Part shown: piece by piece, positions 12,550 to 29,930 of the stretch
Layout of the letters: the number at the start of each line of letters is the position of its first letter
Position numbering within the stretch: position 1 is the stretch's first letter
Assembly: GCA_964016885.1 (NCBI GenBank)
Contig: OZ024756.1
Span: 33,790,001 to 33,854,000, forward strand
Direction of reading: 5' to 3'
DNA: 64,000 nt
Source of the DNA: Eledone cirrhosa
Lineage: Eukaryota
Notes under the pieces: generated by a model
What the model saw: the letters and a program-made list of their open reading frames with translations, nothing else
Told to the model about the DNA's origin: nothing
Database searches by the model: none
Translations under genes and position numbers: made by a program

Positions 12550-13424
12550 GTCTGGTGTGTGTAGGCACATTGTCACTATTGTCATTTGAATGTGGGATGG
12601 TATATTTTTACATCGAGTTAAAACCCTGCCCAGGTTGAATTTGCCTATCTTTCATTCTAGGTCGATAAATAAAGTTCTCTCTCTCACACTCTCAATCTTT
12701 TTTCTCTTATTTGCAGGAAGAATTTGGTTGTGTTCCTACCTAGAAACGAATGGGTTCTACCACATTTTAAATTGCCCATACCACGCTGCATGTCTAAGCA
12801 GAGATGTTCCCTACAGCTTCATCAGGCGTTAAGACAATGGGATCCAGCAAGGAAATCAATTTTGTCGATGCAGCTTTCCGGTATTCTCTTTAGATTCTCG
12901 TGTTTAACATTGCTTTCATAAAGTAGCCACCCTTTCCACTCTGTCCACACTTGCTCATCACATATAATACCACTCTTTTCTTTTATTAAAAAAAAAGCAA
13001 TTGTATTTTTTTTTTCTTTTCGCTCGATATATAAAAAAAAAATGTTTATCTAGAATTTACCGCAGAGATGGAAGGTGTAATAAAACCTTGATTTGTATTC
13101 GTTTGTGATTCTTGGATAGCGTCCAGGACACGGCACTGTTTATCGATTCGCAATTTTACTTTACATTAAGCTATAAATCAAACAAAAACACATATGAGGC
13201 TATGAGAAAGAGATACTGTAACGATCTTTTTTTTACCTATCAACGACCACCTTATGACGCAAAGTTTACAAACTGGCTGCTTTCGGTATTCTGAAGTTCG
13301 CAATGGTATTACGACTGATTAAATTGAAGATATTTTCACTCAATCAAAAATAGAACTGCCTTGTTGAAATTCTACGCGATTGGTCAAAACATTGATGTAT
13401 GTGTACACACATACACACATACAC

Positions 13425-13463
<39 letters not shown>

Positions 13464-13569
13464 AGACCCTCTTGCTGCTATATCAAGCGTTAACCTAATA
13501 TATACCTTCCATATACTGCACCGACAGTGTTGTTATTCTTATTTACCTTTTACATACATATATATATAC

Positions 13570-13633
<64 letters not shown>

Positions 13634-13636
<3 letters not shown>

Positions 13637-13857
13637 AAAGTTCTATTTAAATTGTTGGGATACAACCATTCCTGGAGCTTCCAACAGTAATGGTTGCATT
13701 TTTTAAGGGTATGTCAATATTTATTTATAAAACTGATCTATATTGTATTTTGTCTGATGAAAGCATACCATAATTTAACGTGGTGTCCTTGAAATATGTA
13801 TAAGTATAATAAAATAAATATGGTTTTATAAATATAGTTTCCATTTGTTAATATCGT
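13634..13857 (+). mobile_element. Family D short copy (internal-deletion derivative of 40471-42045) with hammerhead
   Basis: The first ~32 bp match the reverse complement of 42014-42045; the rest matches the reverse complement of 40471-40660. (TA)n on both sides. Confidence 0.75.
13747..13815 (+). ncRNA. Type I hammerhead ribozyme (family D)
   Basis: attttgt-CTGATGA-aagcataccat...gtggtgtcctt-GAAA-tat(gtataa)gta-TA-ataaaat. Intact core, AUA site. Confidence 0.7.
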
Positions 13858-13877
13858 ATATATATATATTTATATTG

Positions 13878-14054
13878 AAATAACAGATTAAAGTTTAAGC
13901 AAAGAATCGCTGCTTTCACTCTTAAAGCAGCGATTCTTTGCTTAAACTTTAATCTGTTGTTTTAATAAGAAATATGCTTTACGGTTTTATATATTTTATA
14001 TATATATATTATCCTTATCGAGCCCTCTGCGGATTTTTGTCTTCACATTTATTA
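13878..14054. mobile_element. Family B fold-back element in (TA)n
   Basis: Arms 13878-13917 and 13924-13963, with the long arm continuing to 14054. The junction lies in hammerhead stem II. Confidence 0.8.
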
Positions 14055-14063
14055 TATATATAT

Positions 14064-14348
14064 AAAGTCTAAAGTATGTCTTAAGACAGAAGGCTCACTT
14101 GGCCGGTGTTTATCCCGGTTACATGTCGTGAAGCGACTGAGAGTACAAGGCTACCCCCCTGGACAAGACGATAGGCCATCACAGCGTTAAACCCCCAGCT
14201 ATTGCTGCTACTCATTTGCAGCTGAGTATACTGGAGCAACGTGAAATGAAGTGTTTTGCTCAAGAACACAACACGTAACCCAGGAATCGAGCCCACGACA
14301 TTATGATCGTAAGTCCAACACGCTTACCACGAGACCGCGTGCCTCCAC
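14064..14348 (-). mobile_element. tRNA-derived SINE family S2, full length
   Basis: tRNA-like head (ggtctcgtggtaagcg...gggctcgattcc), central gttcttgagcaaaacacttcatttcacgttgctccag, short tandem actttag tail. Confidence 0.8.
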
Positions 14349-14349
14349 T

Positions 14350-15927
<1,578 letters not shown>

Positions 15928-16212
15928 AGTGGAGGCACGCGGTCTCGTGGTAAGCGTGTTGGACTTACGATCATAATGTCGTGGGCTCGATTCCTGGGTT
16001 ACGTGTTGTGTTCTTGAGCAAAACACTTCATTTCACGTTGCTCCAGTATACTCAGCTGCAAATGAGTAGCAGCAATAGCTGGGGGTTTAACGCTGTGATG
16101 GCCTATCGTCTTGTCCAGGGGGGTAGCCTTGTACTCTCAGTCGCTTCACGACATGTAACCGGGATAAACACCGGCCAAGTGAGCCTTCTGTCTTAAGACA
16201 TACTTTAGACTT
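15928..16212 (+). mobile_element. SINE family S2 (copy within the inverted duplication)
   Basis: Reverse complement of 14064-14348. Confidence 0.8.
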
Positions 16213-16325
16213 TATATATATATAATAAATGTGAAGACAAAAATCCGCAGAGGGCTCGATAAGGATAATATATATATATAAAATATATAAAACCGTAAAG
16301 CATATTTCTTATTAAAACAACAGAT

Positions 16326-18035
<1,710 letters not shown>

Positions 18036-18736
18036 GAACGTATACTTGTTGGGTAAATATCGGTGTGTTGAATTACATGAAAACCAGCGTGAAAGCAAAG
18101 TAAGAAAGTGCTTTGCAATAGACACACATACTCACACACAGGTAAGCACAACTCCCTAACCATTAACTCACGCACCTTCAAATATTATACTTTAGTTGTC
18201 TTCTATACACTATAAAATTCAAAATATGTTTCTGACGTCATTTTGAAAAAAAATAAACATAAACAAGAAATCAAAGAGAAAAAATGAAAGAAAAACAGGC
18301 TCGAGACAAAATAAATCAATAAAAATGGAGATATTTGTTTACGTAATTATTCCTTGAGTAATGGCGTTTCGAAATGAAGAGGTTATGCAGAAATTAACTT
18401 CGCTGTTTTAAAAGACATAGACTGCGAATTTAGTTCATGAACATTTATAACCAATTTACAAAACTACGCTTGTAATCTTCCGACTCATGAAATTCTCGTT
18501 AGAAAGTATAGATTTTACGCTTTATTTCTCTTGTATAAGCTATTTCATTCCTCTCCACACCCTCTCCACATCTATATTGCCATATGTTGCGTCTGTAAGT
18601 ATACATATATATATTTATATATATAAATATATATATATGTGTGTGTGGGGGTGTGTGTGGTGTGGAGGGATGCGTATGTCGTGAAAATGTGTGTGTTTCT
18701 ATACACATATATATATATAAATATTTATATATACTG

Positions 18737-18769
<33 letters not shown>

Positions 18770-18946
18770 GTGTATATACATGTGTGTGTCTGTGTGTATA
18801 TGTAGATATATACGTATATATATGCGTGTGCGCGTGTGTGTGTGTGTGTGTGTGTGTACGTAGATATATATCTATGTATGTATGTACGTACATATATATA
18901 TATACGTACATATATATATATATACGTACATATATATATATATATG

Positions 18947-18995
<49 letters not shown>

Positions 18996-19001
18996 ATATA
19001 T

Positions 19002-19047
<46 letters not shown>

Positions 19048-19137
19048 ATATATGTATATATGTATATATGTATATATATGTATATATGTATATATATATA
19101 ATGTATACATATATATATATATAATGTATACACACAC

Positions 19138-19186
<49 letters not shown>

Positions 19187-19229
19187 AAATGTATACACAC
19201 CTACACATATATATATATATAAATAAATA

Positions 19230-19282
<53 letters not shown>

Positions 19283-19405
19283 TGTTGGCTTATTGCCTAA
19301 TATTTTGTGGGCATTAACTTTTCACTCATATTATTTTCACTATGTTTGTTAACAAAATTACGAATATTAATGATACGAACGTGAATACGAAGTCAAGCAA
19401 TAATA

Positions 19406-19848
19406 ATAATGGTTTCTTATATAGGCACAAGGCCAGCAATTTTGGGGGAGGGGAACGTCGATTAAATTGACCCCAGTGCGGGACTGGTGCTTTATCGACT
19501 GGTGCTATATCGATCCAGTAAGGGTGAAAGGCAACGCTAACCGGTGCGGGATTTGAACTCAGAATGTAAAGTGACATAACTCTATACTGCAAAGCATGGT
19601 GTCTGATGCTCTTCCGATTCTACCAATCCACCGCCCAAATAATGGTTTCTTATATAGGCACAAGGCGAGTAATTTGGGGGGAAGGGAAAAGTCGATTAAA
19701 TCGACCCCAGTACGTTTCTGATGCTTTATTTTATCGACCTCGTAAGCATGATAGACAAAGCTAACCTCGGCGGGATTTGAACTCGGAATGGCAAGTGGCA
19801 TAACTCTATGCTGAAAAGTTTGGCGTCTGACGCTCTACCGATACTGCC
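19406..19848 (-). mobile_element. Two tandem SINE S1 copies (long variant with gtcgatttaatcgac segment)
   Basis: Two units, 19406-19637 and 19638-19848, each with A/B boxes and an agaaaccattat tail. Confidence 0.85.
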
Positions 19849-20560
19849 TAATAATAATAATAAGGATAATGGTAAAACTACCTTTTGCATCAATGGCCAA
19901 CCGGGGAAGGTTGGCTATAGAAAGTGTAGCATCAGCGGTGGCGCTACAGCATGGCCTCATCCTGTCAGCTGGAACACGTAATAGAGTAATAGAGGGGCCA
20001 AAGTGATTGTAAGGATGATCACTACTTTGTTTAAATGATCTGCGATTTAGAGTGGACGCAATTGGAGGTTCTGAGTTTTTGTCGTTTCAAGAGTAATAGA
20101 AATGAGATCACATTGAAACGAAATCAAAGATGGAACTTCTAAGTCACATATGGTGGATTTGTTTCCAAGGACATGATGTATGTTTTGTACTACGTTTCAT
20201 GAAGATCCAGAATACTCGGCTGAACATGTTTTTTAAGTATATTCCGAAATATATCGAGATAAATACATTTTGTGTTGTATGTATGTGAGTGTTTCATTCT
20301 CATAAATCCACTCATATGTATTTATATCTATACTTTCAAACAAACCCACGCATGCGCTGACATTTACTATCACACACATACACACTCACAGATCTATTAT
20401 CGTAACAAAAAGGGTAAACAAAGTTATTGATGAACAGATACAGTGATGAAAGGATTATGAAAGAAGGATTAAAATAATAAACTGGAGATACTATACATAT
20501 AAATATATATATATACATACATATATATATAAAAATATATATATATATAAACTTACATAT

Positions 20561-20593
<33 letters not shown>

Positions 20594-20767
20594 AATATAT
20601 ATATATATATAAACTTACATATATATATATACATATACATATATATACATACATACATACACGTATACATAAAATCCCACATGCACACACGCACTCGCAC
20701 ATCTATTTATGTACCTATATACATATATACATACATACAAACGATATATCCTCATACAAACATACTC

Positions 20768-20850
<83 letters not shown>

Positions 20851-21562
20851 CAGACTTTTTTATTTGTATCTATCTACAAACAAATATTTTCAGGGTGACT
20901 TGTCTTTCTTTACAACCAATAAGACAGACCGTATGTTTAAATATAGCCAACTTCCTGTGTCTATTCATGATTTTTCCACCATATTTTCCAAACAATTCTA
21001 TAGATATATTTTTAAATTTTTTTAAACATTTCTTTTAGTTTTCTTATTTAAGATATCTTTTTTTTTTTTCATCTTCTAGATAAATGATATTATTTTTAAA
21101 ACAAAATACTTTTAAGAGAATGAAAATTACTTCATGTATCAATAAGGTAATAAAACTAAATACAACAACAACGACGACAACTACAATATTAACAACAACA
21201 ACGACAACAAAAACAATACTAACAATTCTAACAATAACAACACTGAAGAAAATATACTGAAGAAAAATTCTATTCGAAGACGTCAAAAGGATTAAAAATA
21301 ATGTCGCATATTAGGGAGGAGTTGGATGGTTAAGGCGACTGATATAAATATAGAAAATAAGGAAATGGAAACATTTTCTCAAGATATCAAATGTTGCTAG
21401 AAATATTTAGTAGAAAATAGTCAGAAATAACCAAGAAGTTTTCTATAATAAAACATAGTTGGTATTGGCGTTGATTAAATGTATGAAAAATATGACAGGA
21501 ATATGTTAGGTTAAGGCATTAACTGAATAATCTGATGGTTTGGCGGTTCAACCCCTCTACAC

Positions 21563-22507
21563 CAGTGCTTCTCAAATTATCTGATGTGGCGGACCGGCAT
21601 TTTTTTTCAATGTGCCACGTACCGCTAATATTTCGTAGTAATATTAATTTATACCGGAAACGATATATATAATGAATATAATAAAAGTTGACCATTTTTT
21701 TTATCTTCTATTTATTTTGTAAACAAATAATACAATATCAAAACATATAAAAAAAAGTAATAAGAAAAAATAACAAGCAGTTTATTAACAGAAAAATAAA
21801 AATTATATAACCTTAATCTTTACTAGTGTGAAGGTGAGCCTGCTTCTTCTTTGTCAGTTTATCCAGTCGTGGTTCAATTGAGGACAGTGCCACGCGCATG
21901 GAAATGAGGGAATACCACGTAAATAATGTTTTTTTACTGTTAAGAATTAATCAGGATATTTTAAGCGTGAGAAAACAGTTATATTAAGGGAAGAAATAAT
22001 TTATTTGGGGATAGGGGCCGAAGTAAATAGAGAATGGTTTTGAAGAGAGACTAAAGTATCATTCGGCGGCATTACAATATCACAAATATACTACATTTAC
22101 TTACGTAATCACTACCACAGCCGGGAAGTACCACGCGTCACCACCGGCCAACTGATAAGTTGTTTACTTACTGCAGTGGGTCGTTTAGTGACGGAAACTG
22201 ATGCTGCACGGTTCATTTTCTTTTATTTGACTTTCTTTCTTCATAGAAAACTATGATATATTATCAAACTTATATTTTTACTATCACGTTAATTTACCTA
22301 TTATTGTCATATAATTTTCACCCCAGTTTTCATTGCATAAGGACAAATTACTGAAACTAGCAGTCACTAAAATTTCTTTGAAATTCCTTAGATTCTACCA
22401 ATTTCTCAAATGATTCCTTAGCATGGCCCTGGACACTGGCCGCGTACCGGTAGCTGATGGCTCGCGTACCGGCACCGGTCCGCGGACCACCACTTTGTGT
22501 AGCACTG
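21563..22507 (-). mobile_element. Non-autonomous hAT (Charlie/Buster-type) DNA transposon
   Basis: TIRs cagtgcttctcaaa / tttgtgtagcactg. Perfect 8-bp TSD ctctacac (21555-21562, 22508-22515). Minus-strand remnant MRVALSSIEPRLDKLTKKKQAH at ~21834-21899 resembles a Buster-type transposase C-terminus. Confidence 0.9.
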
Positions 22508-22556
22508 CTCTACACGGCAACTTGTGCAAGTGTCTATAATTATAACGTCAGTTGAG

Positions 22557-22750
22557 GGCGGTGGATTGGTAGTAACGGTGGAGGGTCGGACACCATACTT
22601 TTAAGCATAGAGTTACGTCCCTTTATGGTCTGAGTTCAAATCCCGGCGAAGTTAACTTTGCCTTTCATCCTTACAGGGTCATAAAATAAAGTACCAGTTG
22701 TAATACATTGGAATAATTGCTGACCTTGTGCCAAAGGTGGAAACAATTAT
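22557..22750 (+). mobile_element. SINE family S1, full length
   Basis: ggcggtggattgg head, B-box, central domain, gaaacaattat tail. Confidence 0.9.
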
Positions 22751-23537
22751 TTTATATTCTCAGTTCAAAATCCACCGCAAGTCACATTTCCCTAAATTTA
22801 CATTTCTAGAGTCAATGAAAAAAGTACCAAACTAATACTAGGGTCGATATAATCGACTATTCTTTGCTTCCATAATTCTGTGGCTGTTTGATTATTATAT
22901 TATAAAATAGTATGGTGGATCTAGTCAAAAGCTATGCTGAAGGAGACATTGTATATTCTGTTTATACATCATTATTCCACGTTGTTGTCATTTAATTATA
23001 TTTCTCTAACAAATAATTCAGCTATTCATTCACCTTTTCATACACTCATATTAACACACATCGAGACTACATTAACACATTACCATTCTACACAGTCGCC
23101 ACTAAGATGTAATTCAATGTCTATTGTCTGTCAGTAAAAGGTTATGCGTTCCTGCAAACTCAAACCCATTAGACACTGTCTCTGTTGTACGTGTTGTCAC
23201 ATTAAAGCGAACGATTCACTTATATATCAGAAGTATACAACTGATTCCTATTAAAGCCAGGAGGACACTGAACTTTCTTCAAACCATTTAACAAACGCTA
23301 TTTAGGATTTCAAGCCAACAATATATGTATATACTTGTAAATAGCGAAATCTCTTCTCGTGCAGAACCGAACTTTTTTCAATGACGTTTGTCAATTTGAC
23401 GTATAGTGTAACACAAACTTCTAATTTCCTTTTTCTATTTGTATACATAAAACCCTTCAAATGAAACGTTGTAATTTTATGTTGGCAAAATGAATGTAAA
23501 ATAGACTCTGTATTTGTGTTTGTCTCTTTGCCTTTCT

Positions 23538-23641
<104 letters not shown>

Positions 23642-23717
23642 GACTGACTCTATATTTACATATATTACTTCACCACCTATATTTCCCATTCTCTTTCTCT
23701 CCGACTGGCACTCTATC

Positions 23718-23748
<31 letters not shown>

Positions 23749-24130
23749 TTCACCACCTATATCACGCTTTCTCCTTCTCTTTGACTTGCTCTCTATCATT
23801 ACATATGTATCTCTACTTCAGCACCTAAAATCTCGCTTTGTCTTTCTCTCTAACTGACTCTCTATCATTTTACTTCAGCACCTAAAATCTCGCTTTCTCT
23901 CTGTTCAATGTGAATGTTGTAGCTATATTGTTATCGAATTGTTTTATTTATATCTGAAATTTTTTCAATGTTAAAATAGGAGAAAATAACATGAAAAGGA
24001 TGCACTAAAACGATTCGTTTCACACGTATTCATTCATTCATCGTGCTTGTTACGGATGTCTTTATTTTAGCTAGAATGTTCTATTAATGTATATATATAT
24101 AATGTATATATATATATAATGTATATATAT

Positions 24131-24223
24131 ATAATTGTTTCTACTTTAGGCACAAGGCCAGCAATTACCCAGGGCATTACTGGTACTTTATTTTATCGAC
24201 CCCGTAAGGATGAAAGGCAAAGT
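24131..24223 (-). mobile_element. SINE family S1, 3' fragment
   Basis: Matches the S1 central domain and tail. Confidence 0.85.
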
Positions 24224-24637
24224 CTTTATATATATATACATTATATATATTTACATTATATATATATATACATTATATATATAATGTATATATATATATA
24301 ATGTTCTATTAATTTATATATATATATATATACAGATATGACCAGCAGATAGTATCAGTAATAGAAAGACCAATGGAAACATTGTTTATTTGGTCTCATG
24401 TAACTCCTTTCCTTTATTGCTTTAAAAAACAAACAATAACGAACTATGATAAATCTGTAGGTGCACGGGTTCAGTGCTGGTGTGAAGGGCCCCTTTATAG
24501 GGGTTCATACTATGGAAAACGTTCGACCTAGGTCACCGGTCTAGAAAAAAGAAAAGCACATGCGTTCATATCATGGATAGTGTCTTTTCTCTTTTTGGTG
24601 TTAAGGTTTGAGAGAAAAGTTCGTTATTGTTTAGACT

Positions 24638-24638
<1 letters not shown>

Positions 24639-24679
<41 letters not shown>

Positions 24680-24680
24680 A

Positions 24681-24743
<63 letters not shown>

Positions 24744-24943
24744 CAACAGTAGTAATAATTGTTTCTACTTTTGGCACAAGGCCAGCAATTATCGCAGTGC
24801 ATTACTGGTACTTTATTTTATCGACCCCGTAAAGATGAAAGGCAAAGTCAACTTCGATGGGATTTCAACTCAGAATGAAAAAAGGACCGTAACTCTTTGC
24901 TGCAAAGCATGACGTCCGTCCCTCTACCAATACTGCCAATCCA
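24639..24943 (-). mobile_element. SINE family S1 with expanded (TAC)n/(AGT)n tail
   Basis: S1 body 24756-24943; (AGT)n tract 24639-24755 at its 3' end. Confidence 0.85.
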
Positions 24944-25517
24944 TGTTGTTTAGCACGTCGAACGAGGAGAGTTGACATGTCAGCATTACTCAAAGACACA
25001 ACGTACCACCAGGAATCGAAATCGGTGACAATACGTTGTGGGCAGAACTATAAAGCTACGTGCCTTTACAAATGACGTTATCTACACTTTGGATAGATAG
25101 CAAACTATAAGGTGTTAGAATTCGATGGAGACTTTACAGAATTCAAACTTCTTAGATATATGTTTAGATAACTACTGCTGCTTACGTCAACTAGTAAAAT
25201 TATAAGTTATGTCACAGTTATGTCACTCTAACGATAGCTTCAGCAACACCTTAGTGAATTACCCTTTGAAGTTAAATTTCTACTGCAGTTTGAAAATATT
25301 AATATTAATAGATCTGAGTACAACTAAATATATACTTATTCACGGAATATGCTGTTGTTATTCTACTTACAACTGATTACGAAAGTCGTAATAGATAGAA
25401 GATAGTGACAGTCTGCTACAGCAGGTATTTGAAAATTAAGGAATTAAACTTTCCAGGCGACTATAAAGATTTACGATAGATGGCTAGGCTGTTTATGTCA
25501 TTATTTATATAACCAAG

Positions 25518-25810
25518 GGCGGTGGACTGGCAGTATCGGTAGAGGGTCGGACGCCATGCTTTCTAGCATAGTTACGTCCCTTTACAGTCTGAGTTCAAAT
25601 CCCGCCGATATATAACCAAGGGCGGTGGATTGGCAGTATCGATACGGACGCCCTGGTTTGTTTGCAGCATGGAGTTACGGGCCTTTACGATCTGAGTTCA
25701 AATCCCGCCGAGGTTAACTTTGCCTTTCATCCTTACGGGGTCGATAAAATAAAGTACCAGTAATGTACTGGGATGATTGCTGGCCTTGTGCCAAAAGTAG
25801 AAACAATTAT
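25518..25810 (+). mobile_element. SINE S1 with duplicated 5' half
   Basis: Partial head 25518-25607, then full copy 25620-25810. 15-bp TSD ttatttatataacca (25501-25515, 25807-25821). Confidence 0.9.
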
Positions 25811-26110
25811 TTATATAACCATCCTCTCACTAATCTTTCATTTGTCTGCTTATTTGGAACGACTATAAAGATTTAGTAAAAAAAAAGGGGGCTATATTCA
25901 TTATGTTATTACTCATATATACAACCATTCTATTACTAATCATTAAAACTTTTAAGGGACCTTTGATGTCACGCCTGATATTGGAAAAGTGCATCATATT
26001 TGTTGATGTAGGGTCGTTTTCAGTATTATCTACATCTAAAACCTTTATCAAATTGCATAAAATATGATATGTAACTTTAACTATTATATATATGTGTGTG
26101 TGTGTGTTCG

Positions 26111-26237
<127 letters not shown>

Positions 26238-26301
26238 CATATATAGATATATATAATTATCATAAGGATAAGGAACAAGGATATATATACAACCATATAT
26301 A

Positions 26302-26335
<34 letters not shown>

Positions 26336-26407
26336 TGGGGGGAGAGAGAAAGAAAGAGAGAGAAAGATAGAGATATAGAGAGAGAGAGAGATAGTCATGA
26401 GTCAAGG

Positions 26408-26507
<100 letters not shown>

Positions 26508-27042
26508 TGGGAGAGAGAGAAATAGAAAGGGAGAGAGAGCGAGAGAGAGAGAGAGAGAAAGAGAAAGAGAGAGAGAGAGAAATATCCCGAATAACTCCTA
26601 TCCAGTGATTATGCTTATTTCCCTAATGTTCCTTCTCATCTATCTACTGAAACATAATTTCACACCAGTTTCTAGGATAAACATATTAGAAGAGAGAAAA
26701 CAACATTAGCTAAAACTTCAAAGCTCTTAGGTATATTTCCAATTGAAGCCCACATAAACAATTTATACAAAATATAATATGGTGATTTATCAACATAAAA
26801 GGGAACAAGCATGCTGGTATATGGGAAAATGACTGGGTTTATCTTTTTTTCTTTTCTGCCTTACTCCTACAATGGATAGGATTTGGAAGGTTATGTTTGT
26901 TTGAGTTCTTCCTCGTGGGCATTATACCGTAAATATGCATATTTGATAATATTTTGATAATAACGAAAAATGTGATGTATTACTGATATGGAATTTACGG
27001 TGGATGTTCTTGTATATACATGTATGTATATATATATATATT

Positions 27043-27116
<74 letters not shown>

Positions 27117-27855
27117 TAGTTTTATATATATATATATATTGTGTATATATATATAATAACTGAACTGTATATTTACAGGTCAGTAGTTACCGAGTAGTGT
27201 GTTTTCTATTACTTTAATACGTTGTGGATATTTTCTGAAATATCTTTGCGTTACAAAAAGGAACAGAACTAAGAACATTCAAACATATACCTTGTAATTA
27301 CTGATGAAGGGATAATACAACATGATAAATATGTGATAACTACAGGTTATATCAAGATCACATGATCGCTATTATATGAGGGTTGATGATATACAAGTTC
27401 AGAGTTACATTAAATTGTCTGCCAGTCTATAATTTATACTAAGATTCCCTCTATTTCTGATCTATACATATTTTATTAACTGTAGAATATATATCCATAA
27501 TTTATTCAGTCCTCTTATTAGTTTCATATCCAAATATATGGGTGCTGGATTGGCAGAATTGCTACAGGGTTTAACGAAATGCTTTGCAAGTTATTTTATT
27601 TCTGAGCTCAAATGTTGTTCAAGTTAAGTCTGCTCTTTAATACTTCTGGAGTCGATAAAATAAAGTACCAATTATGTACTGTGATGGATATAATCGGCTG
27701 TTCCCTTCCCACAAAATTAGAAACCATTATATCCAAATGCAGATGGTAAAATACATGAATTAAATTGTTATTCAACGTCAGGCATTGGTGGGTCAAGCGA
27801 TTGTTATCTGAAGTTAAAGATATATATATATATATATATAGTAATAATAATAATA

Positions 27856-27888
<33 letters not shown>

Positions 27889-27889
<1 letters not shown>

Positions 27890-28342
27890 GACCTGATATA
27901 ATATTGAAGGACTTTCAAAGGAGGGTATGCCTGCTAATTGATATGTCTGTTCCAATAGACAAGAATGTATCTATAAAAACATTTGAAAAATTGAGCAAGT
28001 ATAAGGACCTGGAGATAGAAATTGGAAAAATGTGGAAATTGAGAACTAAAACAATACCAGTGGTTGTAGGCGCTCTGGGAATGATACCTAAGGGGTCTAA
28101 CGACTACTTATCGCAAATCCCAGGAAACCCGCGTATAGGAGAAATACAAAAGATAGTACTAATGGGAACTGCCCATATACTAAGGAAGATCCTGTCAATA
28201 TAAGTACATCACAAGTCTAAACACTAAGGATGCATGTGTGAATATGTGTGTTCTTTCTTGAACATGGCGGACCTTGTTGTCTCTTGAGGTCACTGGTTGT
28301 GACTTGGTGATAACTCGTATAAACATAAAGCAAGATAAATGC
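27889..28342 (+). mobile_element. R4/Dong-clade non-LTR retrotransposon, 5'-truncated (restriction-like endonuclease end plus 3' UTR) in (TAA)n
   Basis: Open frame RPDIILKD...LIDMSVP...EKLSKYKDL...PVVVGALG...LMGTAHILRKILSI* (27889-28203) carries the PD-(D/E)xK RLE pattern. (AAT)n on both sides, the known Dong target. Confidence 0.85.
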
Positions 28343-28369
28343 AAATAATAATAATAATAATAGTAATAA

Positions 28370-28454
28370 TAATAAATTTGAAGACTAAAATCCAAAGACT
28401 AAAATCCGGTTAAGGGTGAAAGCAGCGATTCTTTGCTTAAACTTTAATCTGTTA

Positions 28455-28460
<6 letters not shown>
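28370..28460. mobile_element. Family B rearranged short copy
   Basis: The distal end (taataaatttgaagactaaaatcc) is joined in opposite orientation to ccggttaagggtGAAAgcagcg...ttattttaa, then (TA)n. Confidence 0.75.
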
Positions 28461-28499
<39 letters not shown>

Positions 28500-28501
<2 letters not shown>

Positions 28502-28616
28502 CAAAGAGCGTGTGGTAAGATACCAGGTGGACCATAACTCACCAGAGTACTCAATACTTAGGGTAGTAGAGTGGGTAACAGCTGAGCTCCGGACGTTTCG
28601 ACATCTAGATCCGAAC

Positions 28617-28663
<47 letters not shown>

Positions 28664-28846
28664 AACCAGTAAGACCCCGACAGCTGAGCTCAAGCCGTTT
28701 CGACGGCTAATTCTGGAATTAGCCGTCGAAACGGCTTGAGCTCAGCTGTCGGGGTCTTACTGGTTCCTATTACCCACTCTACTACCTCAAGTATTGAGTA
28801 CTTTGGTGCGTTATGGTCCACCTGGTTCCTTACCACATTTCCTTCG

Positions 28847-28849
<3 letters not shown>
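28500..28849. mobile_element. Two family A pieces separated by (TA)n
   Basis: 28500-28617 is a long-arm variant. 28660-28849 is a fold-back centred on ctaattctggaattag. Confidence 0.8.
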
Positions 28850-28883
<34 letters not shown>

Positions 28884-29412
28884 AATGTATTTTCTGATGG
28901 GAAGAGGTGATAGGTAGTATCAAGGTTTTCGGCTTTTCCCTTTCCCCAAAATTAGAAACTATTATATTCCAAATACAGTTGGAAAAATACGTGAATTAAA
29001 TTGGTATCCAACCTAAGGCAATGGTGGTTCAAACGATTTATATCTGTAGTTAAAGATATATATTTAGGAGAGTATTTTCTTTTGGGAAGAGGTGATAGGT
29101 CGAACCAAGGTTGACATGTAGGAGAAGATCAGGCTGGAGGGCTTTAAAGTTTTGATACGATGGTATCAGCCTGGGTGAAATGAAATGTATTTATATTAAT
29201 GAATAATAATTACACTCGGAGGAGCGTAGAAATAACCATTAGGTTATTGAACACTTAATCACGAAAGGCAAAGACGACATCCGCCTTATTTAAATGAATC
29301 GCACTAATTAAAAACAGCATGAGGTGAACGTAAAAGGAGTGACATTGATTCCATCAATATATTGTCTGTACCGGATGTGTTTTGATCATTAACCTAATCA
29401 TTATCTTCGTCG

Positions 29413-29598
29413 TGGATTGGCAGTATCGGTAGAGGGTCTGACGCCATGCTTTGCAGCACAGAGTTACGGCCCTTTATAGTCTGAGTTCAAATCCCGCCAA
29501 GGTTAACCTTGCCTTTCATCTTTACGGGGTCGATAAAATAAAGTACCAGTAATGCACTGGGTAATTTCCGGCCTTGTGCCAATAGTAGAAACAATTAT
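29413..29598 (+). mobile_element. SINE family S1, full length
   Basis: A/B boxes, central domain, tail. Confidence 0.9.
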
Positions 29599-29835
29599 TT
29601 TCGTTACCATGGGTGCATCTTAAATTAATTATAATTTCTAGGTTCAGTTACTTTAATGTTAGATGTAAGTGTCGTCATACACAGCAAGCCCCTGGATATG
29701 TTTACTTAGTCCGTATTTATGGTCGTCTGGTGTTTAGTTTTGCGCATATCAGCCAGTTGCCATGTAATAATCGAATTTTCATGGACACCGTTCTAGGCTA
29801 AGCATTTATGATAATGGTAACAATACAACATATGA

Positions 29836-29930
29836 TAATTGTTTCTACTTTTGGCACAAGGCCAGCAATTACCCCATTGTATTACTGGTGCTTTAGTTTG
29901 TCGTTCCCGTAAGGATGAAAGGCAAAGTTA
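29836..29930 (-). mobile_element. SINE family S1, 5'-truncated
   Basis: S1 3' half flanked by direct repeat aatacaacatatga (TSD). Confidence 0.85.
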
